Assembly: GCA_031403995.1 (NCBI GenBank)
Contig: JANNGS010000069.1
Location: forward strand, 15,311 to 79,310
Direction: 5' to 3'
DNA: 64,000 nucleotides
DNA from: Thermoanaerobaculia bacterium
GTDB taxonomy: Bacteria; Acidobacteriota; Thermoanaerobaculia; Multivoradales; JAGPDF01
Shown here: one piece after another, positions 18,915 through 28,460 of the stretch
Position numbering within the stretch: position 1 is the first letter of the stretch
How the letters are laid out: each line of letters starts with the position of its first letter
Translations under genes and position numbers: made by a program
Notes under the pieces: generated by a model
Database searches by the model: none
Seen by the model: only the letters and a program-made list of their open reading frames with translations
What the model was told of the DNA's origin: nothing

Positions 18915-19937
18915 CTAGAAGACCTCTGTCGGCTCCCAGTCGAGGCCGAGGTTGACGATGCGCTGCAGGAGCTGGCCGTAGTCGATGCCGCCTTCGCGGG
19001 CGGCGTTGGCAAAGTCTTCGTCGCGCGCGATCTGCGGATTCGGATTCGCCTCGATGACGTACACCTCTCCCGATTCGGTCAGGCGCAGATCGATCCGCGC
19101 GTATCCCGAGAGGCAGAGTACGGTGTAAACGCGCTTGCAGAGAGTCTGGATCCGGGCGCCCAGACCATCGGGCAGCTCGCGCACCGGGCCACTCGCGATG
19201 CCGTGCCTCTGCTGGTACGTGAGGCTCCACTTCAGGCGCTCGGTGGCGATCTTCCGTGCCGCTTCCGGCATGTTGTCGAACGATAGCTCCCATATCGGCA
19301 ACGCCTTCAATCGGTGATTGCCGAGAATGCCCACATACAGCTCGCGGCCTTCGATGTAGCTCTCCACGAGAGCATCGGTGCCGATGCTCTCGTGGATGAA
19401 ACGTACCCGCTCCTCGAGCTTCTCCTCGCTCTCGACCACCGAGGCCTGCGAGATCCCGATCGAAGCGTCGAAGGAAAGCGACTTGACGATCAGCGGGAAG
19501 CCGAGATTTCTCGGCCGGCGGAATACGCGGCCGCGCGGCGCGGTAGCGAACCCGGCCACCCGAATACGGTGATACGAGAGTAGCTTCTTCGCCAGCGCCT
19601 TGTCGCGCCCAAGCAGGAGGCCGCGAGCGTTGCATCCGCTGTACTTCATCTTCTGCAGCTCGAGGTAGGCGACCACGTTCTGGTCCCATTGCGGCACGTC
19701 GTCGAAGCCCTCCAGGAGATTGAACGAGAGGTGCGGCCGGACCTCCCGCACGGCGCGCCGGATCGGGTTCAGCTCGCTTCCCACCCCCAGCGCATGCACC
19801 TCGTGGCCGAGCGCCTTCAGGCAGGTGACGACGTCGTGCTCCGTTCGCCATGGGGCACCCGCGACCTCCTCCGGTTTCGCCTCCGCCGGTGGCACGAGGC
19901 TCTCCTGAACGAGAGCCAGAATGCGCAGCGGCTTCAA
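18915..19937 (-). CDS. D-Ala-D-Ala ligase-like ATP-grasp protein
   Basis: TTG start overlapping the upstream stop; FNLLEG, DKALAKKLL, PLIVK, ASIGISQASVV, VESYIEGRE, GYARIDLR and IEANPNP. Confidence 0.85.
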   Translation of the reverse strand: MKPLRILALVQESLVPPAEAKPEEVAGAPWRTEHDVVTCLKALGHEVHALGVGSELNPIRRAVREVRPHLSFNLLEGFDDVPQWDQNVVAYLELQKMKYSGCNARGLLLGRDKALAKKLLSYHRIRVAGFATAPRGRVFRRPRNLGFPLIVKSLSFDASIGISQASVVESEEKLEERVRFIHESIGTDALVESYIEGRELYVGILGNHRLKALPIWELSFDNMPEAARKIATERLKWSLTYQQRHGIASGPVRELPDGLGARIQTLCKRVYTVLCLSGYARIDLRLTESGEVYVIEANPNPQIARDEDFANAAREGGIDYGQLLQRIVNLGLDWEPTEVF

Positions 19938-21100
19938 AGAGCCACCCGGTGGCGCCCGCTGTGCAGGTAGTTCATCGTCTGCACGGTGAGAAGCACCGCG
20001 AACTCGCGTTTCGCCTGCTCGGGAGGCGTGGCGAGCCTCAAGCCTAGCTCGCGGCACCGCGCAATCATGTCGGCGAGAACCTGATCGATCGTGTACTGGT
20101 ATTCGTTGGTCCAGCGCGCCACGAGCCGGCGAATCTCGCGCCGGTAGCGAGCAATGAAGGCTGCCGCGGTCGGCTGATGCGCGTACGCCGGAGCATCGGA
20201 AAAAAGCCGGCGCAAGTCCCGGTCGTAGAATTCCGGACGATTCACGCCATAGTGCGCGCGTTTCTCCATGTAGTGCTGGCGCAGAGTCTTGCCGATCGTC
20301 GCCAGGGAATCGATCTCGGCGCTCGCAACGACGAGCGGGGCGCGGCCCGCGAGGCTACCCATGAGCTCGTCCATGTACTCGAGCTTGCGCAGCGCCGGCC
20401 ACCCCTGGTAGCGCTCACGCCACCTGGACTCCGGATGCAGCCAGACTGCGAAGGTCTCGGCGAAATCCTCGTCGGGATGGCTTTGCGCGTACCAGGCGTC
20501 GAGGTGGATGACGAAGCTCTTGCTGTAGGGCCGCGGGGAATAGAACTCGGGGTAGGGCTCACGCGTGCTGCCGAAGAGCTCATGACGACGACGACGGCTG
20601 CGCAGCTTGAAGGCGTTCTCGATCGCGTGCCCGGCCTCGTGCCGCAGGATCTTCATGCACCATTCGTGGGTCCCGCCCTCGATCTCGAGCATCTGGTGGA
20701 GCTCGAGGCGTGCGAGACGCGGGTGCGCGAGATAGAACGGAACCGCGATTCCCGGAATGCCGTCGGGCGTGAACCATTCGTTCGAGAGCCAGAAGTGGGG
20801 CTGGAAGAGCAGACCTCGCTGGGCGAGCTCGGCCTTCAGCTCCGCCAGCCGTGGTTCGAGCTCGCTCCCGGCAATCGGCAGATCGAGCTCCGAGAACTTG
20901 AGGCTGAGCAGCTGATCGTCCTCCCACGACGACCATTCGGAGGCCGGCCGGCTGCGCGGTCGGCGAGACCTCTGCGCGCGGATGAGTTTCCCATCCGGTG
21001 CCGCGGGCACGGCTCGCGCGGGCAGAGCGGGTTCGGGCGCCGGGTCTGACGGAGATTCCGCCCGATCTCCGTTCGCACCGGGGCTAAAGGGCGAGCTCAC
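19934..21100 (-). CDS. Putative zinc-binding metallopeptidase
   Basis: ILRHEAGHA (HExxH), YAQSHPDEDFAETFAVWL and PGIAVPFYLAHPRL. Confidence 0.8.
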   Translation of the reverse strand: MSSPFSPGANGDRAESPSDPAPEPALPARAVPAAPDGKLIRAQRSRRPRSRPASEWSSWEDDQLLSLKFSELDLPIAGSELEPRLAELKAELAQRGLLFQPHFWLSNEWFTPDGIPGIAVPFYLAHPRLARLELHQMLEIEGGTHEWCMKILRHEAGHAIENAFKLRSRRRRHELFGSTREPYPEFYSPRPYSKSFVIHLDAWYAQSHPDEDFAETFAVWLHPESRWRERYQGWPALRKLEYMDELMGSLAGRAPLVVASAEIDSLATIGKTLRQHYMEKRAHYGVNRPEFYDRDLRRLFSDAPAYAHQPTAAAFIARYRREIRRLVARWTNEYQYTIDQVLADMIARCRELGLRLATPPEQAKREFAVLLTVQTMNYLHSGRHRVAL

Positions 21101-21134
21101 GGCGGCATTCTGCCACTCGATCCGTTCATTCTGG

Positions 21135-22238
21135 TCATTCCGCGCCGGGCGGCCGATCGAGCCACGCGGAGATCGCCGTCATGGCATCGGCGAAGCGGGC
21201 GGGCTCCCCCTTCTCCACCCAATCGATCCAGTCGGCGGCAACGCGTTCCACCTCGCGGTACACGCGCTCCGAGAATCGATTGGAGCGCTGGATCTCGTAG
21301 TAGAGCTGCGGGTTCTCGCGCACGACGCTCTCGGTGGTCGCGAACTGGGAGTGAAAGGTCGTTGATCCGACCGCCGTGAGCTCGGCGAAAGAGAGGCCGC
21401 TGGTGGCGAGCACCCGAGCGAAGAGGAGATTCAGGAAGTGCGACAATCCGAGGACGTAGGATGCGATTTCGTCGTGGCGCTCGAGCGAAAGCGGCACGAG
21501 GGTCACCGCGGTCTCGCGGAAGAGCGTGGCGACGCGCTCCGTCGCCGCCGGATCGCCGCAGTCGCAGAGACAGATGACCTTGTCGGAGAGCGTTCGCGCT
21601 CCGGCTCCGAACATAGGATGAATGCTGGTGACCGCGACGCCGCGCTCGCGCGCCGCCTCGAGCGCCGGCCGGAGATGCTCTTTGACGCTCGCGACGTCAC
21701 AGAGCACGCCGGAAAAGCCCAGCGCGACGATCTCGTCCACGGCAGCGGCCACGCGGTCGAGCGGCACCGCGACGAAAACCATCGACGCCGCGGCAAGCCC
21801 GGCGGCGAGGTTGGGCACCGTCTCGATGCCAGGCTCCCGCGCAGCCGGGTCGCACACCAGGACTCGATGGCCCTGGGTCTCGAAAAAGCGCACCAGCCAA
21901 TGGCCCATCTTCCCCGCGCCGCCGACGACGAGGATCGTTTCGGCCTCTCCGGAGTAGGTTGAGTAGTGGTCGACCTCCTGCACCCTGCAGGCCTCTTCGA
22001 CGAGCTGCCGCATGACAACGCGCGCCAGCTCCGGGGCGAGACCCAGCGCCTCGGCGCTCGTGGCGGCCCGCGCCATCACACGCTTTTCGACCTCGAAGTC
22101 GCGCAGCGGAATGCCAGCGGCGCGCTTCTCCTGCCCAATCTCGCGCGCCAGCTCCATCCGCTCCGCCATCAGCCCCAGCATCGCGGCGTCGAGGTTGCGA
22201 ATCCGGCGCCGCAGCCGGTCCAGCCGATCTTCGCTCAT
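21135..22238 (-). CDS. tyrA: Bifunctional chorismate mutase/prephenate dehydrogenase
   Basis: AroQ domain (LRRRIRNLD..ERMELA..K..RDFEVE) followed by VVGGAGKMG, DVASVK, SIHPMFG and HD..ASYVLGLSH. The start overlaps the upstream stop. Confidence 0.88.
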   Translation of the reverse strand: MSEDRLDRLRRRIRNLDAAMLGLMAERMELAREIGQEKRAAGIPLRDFEVEKRVMARAATSAEALGLAPELARVVMRQLVEEACRVQEVDHYSTYSGEAETILVVGGAGKMGHWLVRFFETQGHRVLVCDPAAREPGIETVPNLAAGLAAASMVFVAVPLDRVAAAVDEIVALGFSGVLCDVASVKEHLRPALEAARERGVAVTSIHPMFGAGARTLSDKVICLCDCGDPAATERVATLFRETAVTLVPLSLERHDEIASYVLGLSHFLNLLFARVLATSGLSFAELTAVGSTTFHSQFATTESVVRENPQLYYEIQRSNRFSERVYREVERVAADWIDWVEKGEPARFADAMTAISAWLDRPPGAE

Positions 22239-23038
22239 CGCTCCTCCTCGGGCAGAGCGTAGCAAGGCGCAGAAGAGATCCTCTTTTCGATCTCCCCAAC
22301 GATCTCACCGAATGTGGCGGAAAGCTCAGCAAAAGTTACCTCACGCCACTTCCCCGCTTCGAGGTCTCCGAGGCCGAGCCCTCCGAAGGCGACCCGTTTC
22401 AGGCTCGTCACTTCGTGGCCCGCGGCTTTCATCAGGCGCCGGACCTCGCGGTTCTTGCCCTCTGCCAGGGTCACGACGAGGTGTGATTCTCGGCCCGAAA
22501 CCTTGCGTGCAACAACCTCTGCGGCGCTCAACCGATCCCCTCCCGCATCAACACCTTCCTTTACCAGCAAGCTTTTTCTTTCCTCCCAGCGACCACTGAC
22601 CTTGACCACATAGACCCGGGGGACGGCATTCACGGGGTCGGTAAGAGCGTCGGCGAGGCGAGTCTCATTGGTCAGGAGAAGCAGGCCGGAAGTCGCGAGA
22701 TCGAGCCGCCCGACCGCCAAGAGATGGGCACCGGCATCGGCGACGAGCTCGAAGACCGTCGGTCTGCCCTGCGGATCCGAGCGTGTGGTGACGCAGCCGC
22801 GTGGCTTGTGGAGCATCAGGCAGCGGAAACCGGCGCGAACGGCGGCCCGGCCGTCGATCGCGATGCCGGCGCGCTCCGGGACGACCGCCTGCTCCGAATC
22901 GAGGCAGACCGTGCCCCCGACCGTGACTCGCCCGGCCTCGATCCAGCGGCGCGCCTCCGTTCGCGAGGCCAGCCCCAACTTCGACAGGGCGCGCTCCAGG
23001 GAAACTTCCCCGGGGCGCCGCCGCCTACTTTCGCCCAT
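22235..23038 (-). CDS. rRNA pseudouridine synthase, RsuA/RluB family with S4 domain
   Basis: LGLASR..A..I..GRV S4 domain; HKPRG; VGRLDLATSGLLLLTN; EGKNREVRR. Confidence 0.92.
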   Translation of the reverse strand: MGESRRRRPGEVSLERALSKLGLASRTEARRWIEAGRVTVGGTVCLDSEQAVVPERAGIAIDGRAAVRAGFRCLMLHKPRGCVTTRSDPQGRPTVFELVADAGAHLLAVGRLDLATSGLLLLTNETRLADALTDPVNAVPRVYVVKVSGRWEERKSLLVKEGVDAGGDRLSAAEVVARKVSGRESHLVVTLAEGKNREVRRLMKAAGHEVTSLKRVAFGGLGLGDLEAGKWREVTFAELSATFGEIVGEIEKRISSAPCYALPEEER

Positions 23039-23099
23039 GATTGGGGATCCTAGCCAAAGCCGGTAGGATCGGGATCATTCCAGCCTCCCGGAGCTCCCG

Positions 23100-24332
23100 A
23101 TGTCCGACACTCTCGAAACCACCGCTGCATTCTCCTCCCAGGAACTGATCGCGCTCGAGGAGCGCCACGGCGCCCACAACTACCATCCGCTCGAGATCGT
23201 CATCACCCGCGGCGAAGGCGTCTGGGTCTGGGACGTCGAAGGAAAGCGCTACCTGGATTTCCTCGCCGCCTACTCGGCGGTCAACCAGGGACACTGCCAC
23301 CCCCGCCTGGTAGCCAGGCTCACCGAACAGGCGCAGCGGTTGACACTCTGCTCGCGCGCCTTCCGCAACGACCAGCTCGGCCAGCTCTGCCTCGAGATCA
23401 GCACACTCACCGGCTACGACCGCTTCCTGCCGATGAACAGCGGCGCAGAAGCTGTCGAGACCGCCATCAAGCTCGCGCGCAAGTGGGGGCAGACGGTCAA
23501 AGGCGTGCCGGCGGCGCGGGGCGAGATCCTGGTGTTCGACAACAACTTTCACGGCCGCACCACGACAATCGTCGGTTTCTCGTCGAGCGAACAGTACCGC
23601 GAGGGCTTCGGGCCGTTCGCTGGCGGCTACCGGCTGCTGCCCTTTGGAGACGCCGATGCCGTCGCGGCGGCGATGAACGAGCGCACGGTCGCCGTCCTCG
23701 TCGAGCCGATCCAGGGCGAGGCCGGCATCGTGATCCCTCCGCAGGGTTTCCTGCGCCGGCTCCGCGACATCACCCAGGAGCACAACGCACTGCTCGTCGC
23801 GGACGAGATTCAGTCCGGACTCGGACGCACCGGCGCCCTCTTCGCTTTCCAGCATGACCGCATCCGCCCCGACATGGTGATCGTCGGGAAGGCGCTCTCG
23901 GGAGGCTGCTACCCGGTGTCGGGCATACTCGCCGACAGCGCGCTGATGGATGTCTTCAAGCCAGGCGATCACGGTTCGACCTTCGGGGGCAATCCGCTAG
24001 GGGCCGCCGTCGCGCGCGAAGCGCTCAAAGTCCTGGTCGAAGAGAAGATGATCGAGAACTCGGCGAATCAGGGTGCCTATGCCCTCGAACGCCTTCGGGG
24101 GATTCGGTCACCGCACATCCAGGAAGTGCGCGGGCGCGGACTGTGGATAGGAATCGAGCTCAAACCGCAAGCCGGCGGCGCACGCCGCTTCTGCGAACAA
24201 CTGGCCACCGAGGGCATCCTCTGCAAGGAGACGCATACGCACGTCATCCGCGTCTCTCCGCCTCTCGTCATCTCGCGGCAGGAGCTCGACTGGGCGCTTG
24301 ACCGGTTCGAAAAGGTACTGACGCGTCCATGA
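23100..24332 (+). CDS. rocD: Ornithine--oxo-acid aminotransferase
   Basis: GAHNYHPL, AYSAVNQGHCHP, MNSGAEAVETA, EPIQGEAG, DEIQSGLGRTG, GKALSGG and HGSTFGGNP. Confidence 0.95.
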   Translation: MSDTLETTAAFSSQELIALEERHGAHNYHPLEIVITRGEGVWVWDVEGKRYLDFLAAYSAVNQGHCHPRLVARLTEQAQRLTLCSRAFRNDQLGQLCLEISTLTGYDRFLPMNSGAEAVETAIKLARKWGQTVKGVPAARGEILVFDNNFHGRTTTIVGFSSSEQYREGFGPFAGGYRLLPFGDADAVAAAMNERTVAVLVEPIQGEAGIVIPPQGFLRRLRDITQEHNALLVADEIQSGLGRTGALFAFQHDRIRPDMVIVGKALSGGCYPVSGILADSALMDVFKPGDHGSTFGGNPLGAAVAREALKVLVEEKMIENSANQGAYALERLRGIRSPHIQEVRGRGLWIGIELKPQAGGARRFCEQLATEGILCKETHTHVIRVSPPLVISRQELDWALDRFEKVLTRP

Positions 24333-26319
24333 GACTCTCGAAGGCCTGAGCCTCCAGCGGACGGCTGAACAGGAAGCCCTGCATCTTGTCGCAATAGAGC
24401 ATCTCGAGGATGACCATCTGCTCTTCCTCCTCGACGCCCTCGGCGACCACCTCCATTCCGAGCCCATGCGCGAGTTGGATCACGGCGCCGACGATCTTCG
24501 AATCTTCGCGCCGCCGGCCGAGCTCCCGGATGAACGACGAATCGAGCTTCACCGTGTCGATCGGAAGCTCGCGAAGGTAGGAGAGCGATGAGTAGCCGAT
24601 ACCGAAATCGTCGACCGCGACCCGAGTTCCGCGCCGCCGCAGGTCTGCAAGAGTCGAAACCGGCCCACCCGCATGCAGCAAGGCCATCGTCTCGGTGATC
24701 TCGAGCTCGAGCGCCGCGGCTGGTAGGCCGGTCTCGCGGAGGATCTCGTCGATCTTGGATGACAACTCGGGATTCTCGAACGCTCGCGCGGTCAGATTCA
24801 CCGACACCTGAAGGTCCTGCTGGTAGCGCTCCCGCCAGAGCTTGACCTGCGCGCAGGCCTTGCGCAGGACCCAGTGACTGAGGGCCTCGGAGACCGCGGT
24901 GCTCTCGATCAACGGCAGGAACTTGCCCGGCAGTATCAGGCCGCGCTCAGGATGCAGCCAGCGCACCAGCGCCTCGACGCCGACGATCTCGCCCGTGCCC
25001 GCCCGAACGATCGGCTGGTAATAGAGCACGAGGTGTTCCTCCTCGAGCCCGGCGCGCAGCGCGGCCTCGAGGACGAATCGCTCGCGGCTCACATCCGACA
25101 TCTCGCTGTCGTAAACGGCGACGCCCCCGCGACCCGCCTCTTTGGCGCGGTACATCGCGGTATCGGCCTTGCGCAGCAGCGTCGTTGGATCTTCTCCGTG
25201 ATCGGGAAAGAGCGTGATACCGATGGAAGCCCCGGCAAACAACGAAAGGTCCCCGACTTCGAGCGGTTGCGACAGCCTCTCGAGGAGCTTGGTCGCGATC
25301 GCTACGGCATCCTCGGCGGTGCGGATGCCCGGGAGGAGCAGGGTGAACTCGTCACCACCCTGGCGTCCGACTGTGTCGCCCTCGCGTACGCTGTAACGCA
25401 GCCGCTCGGCGACCGCGCCGAGCAGCGAATCCCCGGTTTCATGCCCGTAGGTGTCGTTGATGCGCTTGAAGTTGTCGAGATCGAGGAAGAAGAGCGCGGC
25501 GTGATAATCGGTCTTGCCGCGCCGGGCGATCCACTGCTTGAGGCGGTCGAGGAAGAGCTTGCGGTTCGGCAGACCGGTCAAGCCGTCGTAGTAGGCCAGC
25601 TTCTCGATCTGCAGGGAGGCCTCGACGAGCCTGAAGTGCTCGTCCTCGAGAAGCCAAACGATGGTCGCGATTCCCAGCACCGCGACCATCAGAAGATCGA
25701 ACGCGAAAATGCCCCTGCGCAGACCCACCCCAGTGGTACCGGCGGTCGCCCAGAACAGGGCCAGTTGCTCGCATCCATACAGGAAGAAGGCGACGCAGAC
25801 CAGGCACGGACCAGTGGCAGAGCTCTTTCTGTAGGCCCTTATCAGGAGGCCCGCGGCAATCAGGAAGGCCACGGCGACCACCAGCGCGCGCACGCTGACC
25901 CGCAGGAAGCTGCGACTTGAAACGGCCTCCGGGGTGAAGGCGTGAGCCAGAGTGGTTACCAGCGCAAGCCCCGCGAGCGCGGAGAAGATGGCGTATGTGC
26001 CTCGCCGCGAGAGCGACCGTCCACTGGCGAGCTCGGTGGCACCCTGGATGAGCCACCCGGCCTGATAGAAGGCGCCTAGTTGCGCGATGAAGGTCGCGAC
26101 CAATCGTGTCGGGTCCGACGCCGGCAGCGACGTCGAGTAGTGGAAAGCCACCATCGCCCCGAGTTGCCCGGCGCAGAGGGCCCACCACGAGAGCGCCCAG
26201 TGCCGGAGAAAAGCGTGCTTCCGGCTGCTGTGGAAACGGAGCAGCAGAACGGCGAGAAGCGCCGCCAACAGCGCCTGGGCGAGGAACGTTGAGACCGTGA
26301 CCACACCGATGTCGTTCAT
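24268..26319 (-). CDS. Membrane-bound GGDEF-EAL protein
   Basis: About 7 TM helices followed by YYDGLTGLPNR, REGD..GRQGGDEF, VEALVRW and DDFGIGYSSL. Confidence 0.9.
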   Translation of the reverse strand: MNDIGVVTVSTFLAQALLAALLAVLLLRFHSSRKHAFLRHWALSWWALCAGQLGAMVAFHYSTSLPASDPTRLVATFIAQLGAFYQAGWLIQGATELASGRSLSRRGTYAIFSALAGLALVTTLAHAFTPEAVSSRSFLRVSVRALVVAVAFLIAAGLLIRAYRKSSATGPCLVCVAFFLYGCEQLALFWATAGTTGVGLRRGIFAFDLLMVAVLGIATIVWLLEDEHFRLVEASLQIEKLAYYDGLTGLPNRKLFLDRLKQWIARRGKTDYHAALFFLDLDNFKRINDTYGHETGDSLLGAVAERLRYSVREGDTVGRQGGDEFTLLLPGIRTAEDAVAIATKLLERLSQPLEVGDLSLFAGASIGITLFPDHGEDPTTLLRKADTAMYRAKEAGRGGVAVYDSEMSDVSRERFVLEAALRAGLEEEHLVLYYQPIVRAGTGEIVGVEALVRWLHPERGLILPGKFLPLIESTAVSEALSHWVLRKACAQVKLWRERYQQDLQVSVNLTARAFENPELSSKIDEILRETGLPAAALELEITETMALLHAGGPVSTLADLRRRGTRVAVDDFGIGYSSLSYLRELPIDTVKLDSSFIRELGRRREDSKIVGAVIQLAHGLGMEVVAEGVEEEEQMVILEMLYCDKMQGFLFSRPLEAQAFESLMDASVPFRTGQAPSRAPAAR

Positions 26320-26480
26320 CAAGGAGGGGACTCGAGATGGATTCTAGCTCACCGACCTCGGGGTCTGTGAGGATCGGATGCGTCCGTCGCCCGCCGTGCT
26401 GCTTCGCGAGCTCATCACGAGCGTCGACGATCGTCTTCGGCATCTGAGCGACCTGCGCCCGGTATGACAAAATCTCCGGC

Positions 26481-27836
26481 ATGACGAGTCCGGACTCGAC
26501 GTCATCCACCGCCTCCCGCAGCCCAAAGATCTTCGTCCTCGACACCTCGGTCATCCTGTACGACGCGAACGCGATCTTCAACTTCAAGGAACACGACGTC
26601 GCGATCCCGATCACGGTTCTGGAGGAGCTCGACCACTTCAAGAAGGGTGACACGGTCATCAATCTGCAGGCGCGGGAATTCATCCGGCAGCTCGACAAGC
26701 TCACCAGCCACGACATGCTGAACAACTGGGTGCCGCTCGACGGCCCCGATCTCGGAAGGATCCGTGTTGTCGCGGCGGAGGATTCGTCGACCGACGCACG
26801 CCTCATCTTCGGCGCGGTGAAGAACGACCATCGGATCCTGAACACCGCGCTCGCGCTCAAGGAGCGCGAAGCCGGGCGCGACGTCATCCTGGTGTCGAAG
26901 GACATCAACCTGCGAGTCAAGGCGCGGGCGCTTCGCCTGCGCGCCGAGGAGTACGAGACCGTCCGCATCAAGGACGTCGACCATCTCTACAAGGGCAAGA
27001 GCGAGATCGAGGTCGACGACGCGGCGCCGATCCAGAAGTTCTACGAGTCCGGAGGCGTCTCGCCGCAGGACGTCGGCATCGAAGTGCCGCTGCCTAACCA
27101 CTACTTCATTCTGCGGAGTCCCTCGCACTCGGCGCTCGCCTGGTTCAACCCGGTCTCGGGTCTCCTCGAGCGGGTGCAGAAGATGCCCGCCTATGGCATC
27201 ACGCCGAGGAACGCCGAGCAGACCTTCGCCCTGCACGCGATCATGAACCCGGCCGTGCCGCTGGTGTCGATAACCGGCAAGGCGGGTACCGGCAAGACTC
27301 TGCTTGCCCTCGCCGGCGCCCTCGAGCAGCGCAAGGCCTTTCGCCAGGTCTACCTGGCCCGCCCGCTGGTGCCGCTCTCGAACAAGGACATCGGCTACCT
27401 TCCCGGCGACATCAAGTCGAAGATCAATCCGTACATGCAGCCGCTTTGGGACAACCTCAACATCATCAAACACCAGTTCGACGAGCGCGACCGCGAGTTC
27501 AAACGCATCGACGAGATGGTCGAGCAGGAGAAGCTGCACATCACCCCGCTCGCCTACATCCGCGGCCGCAGCTTCTCGAACATCATCTTCATCGTCGACG
27601 AAGCGCAGAATCTGACGCCGCACGAGGCACGCACGATCATCACTCGCGCTGGCGAGGGCACCAAGATCATCTTCACCGGCGATATCTTCCAGATCGACAC
27701 TCCCTACCTGGATGCCCAGTCGAACGGACTCTCTTACCTGATCGATCGGATCAAGGGGCACAAGCTGTACGCCCATGTGTCCCTCGAAAAAGGCGAGCGC
27801 AGCGAGCTCGCGAACCTCGCGAGCATGATGCTGTAG
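26481..27836 (+). CDS. phoH: PIN-PhoH (PhoH2-type) protein
   Basis: FVLDTSV and VLEELD PIN domain, SKDINLRVKA, GKAGTGKT Walker A, IGYLPG, YIRGRS and DEAQN. Confidence 0.92.
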   Translation: MTSPDSTSSTASRSPKIFVLDTSVILYDANAIFNFKEHDVAIPITVLEELDHFKKGDTVINLQAREFIRQLDKLTSHDMLNNWVPLDGPDLGRIRVVAAEDSSTDARLIFGAVKNDHRILNTALALKEREAGRDVILVSKDINLRVKARALRLRAEEYETVRIKDVDHLYKGKSEIEVDDAAPIQKFYESGGVSPQDVGIEVPLPNHYFILRSPSHSALAWFNPVSGLLERVQKMPAYGITPRNAEQTFALHAIMNPAVPLVSITGKAGTGKTLLALAGALEQRKAFRQVYLARPLVPLSNKDIGYLPGDIKSKINPYMQPLWDNLNIIKHQFDERDREFKRIDEMVEQEKLHITPLAYIRGRSFSNIIFIVDEAQNLTPHEARTIITRAGEGTKIIFTGDIFQIDTPYLDAQSNGLSYLIDRIKGHKLYAHVSLEKGERSELANLASMML

Positions 27837-27950
27837 GGCAGACAAGGGCGGGAGATACGAATCGAGCCCGGCGGACGCGCGAGTCGCGCGGCCCACCAGG
27901 CCCGAGTGTGTCTCGTTGCAGCGGACGCAGAGCGCGCCCGATTCGTTCGA

Positions 27951-28433
27951 CTACTTGACGATCAACTTGCCTTTCATGCCGCCAATGTAGTGGCCCGGGA
28001 AGGTGCAGATGTAAATGTACTCGCCCGGCTCCTTCGGCGCGTTGAAGATGACCTCTACGGTCTCGCCGCCGCCGGCGAGCTTCGTCTGGGCGAGAATGGC
28101 GGCCGCCTTCGCCTTCGGAATGTAGTTGTTGTCTCGCGCCATCGCCGCTTCCATGGCGAACGAGTCCGCGTTCGTGCCCTTGGCCAGCAGGACGAAGTTG
28201 TGCGCCATCTCGGCCTTCGCCATCGAGCTCACCGCAGTGAGCGTCACCTTCAAGGCCTCGCCTGGAGCCGCCTGGATGACCTTGACGTCGTACTGCATGG
28301 CGTCGGAGCCCTTGAGCTTGACGACTCTCGGCTCCGCTGCCGAGGCTGCGGTGGAGACGGCTGCCATGCCGACCGCAAGCAACGCGACCATCACACCACC
28401 TGCGACTGCACTACGTCCATTCGACTTCTTCAT
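27951..28433 (-). CDS. Azurin/auracyanin-like blue copper protein
   Basis: Signal peptide; MAHNFVLL and YICTFPGHYIGGMKG type-1 Cu ligands. Confidence 0.9.
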   Translation of the reverse strand: MKKSNGRSAVAGGVMVALLAVGMAAVSTAASAAEPRVVKLKGSDAMQYDVKVIQAAPGEALKVTLTAVSSMAKAEMAHNFVLLAKGTNADSFAMEAAMARDNNYIPKAKAAAILAQTKLAGGGETVEVIFNAPKEPGEYIYICTFPGHYIGGMKGKLIVK

Positions 28434-28460
28434 ATTCAGCTCCTGAGATTGGGTTGAAGG

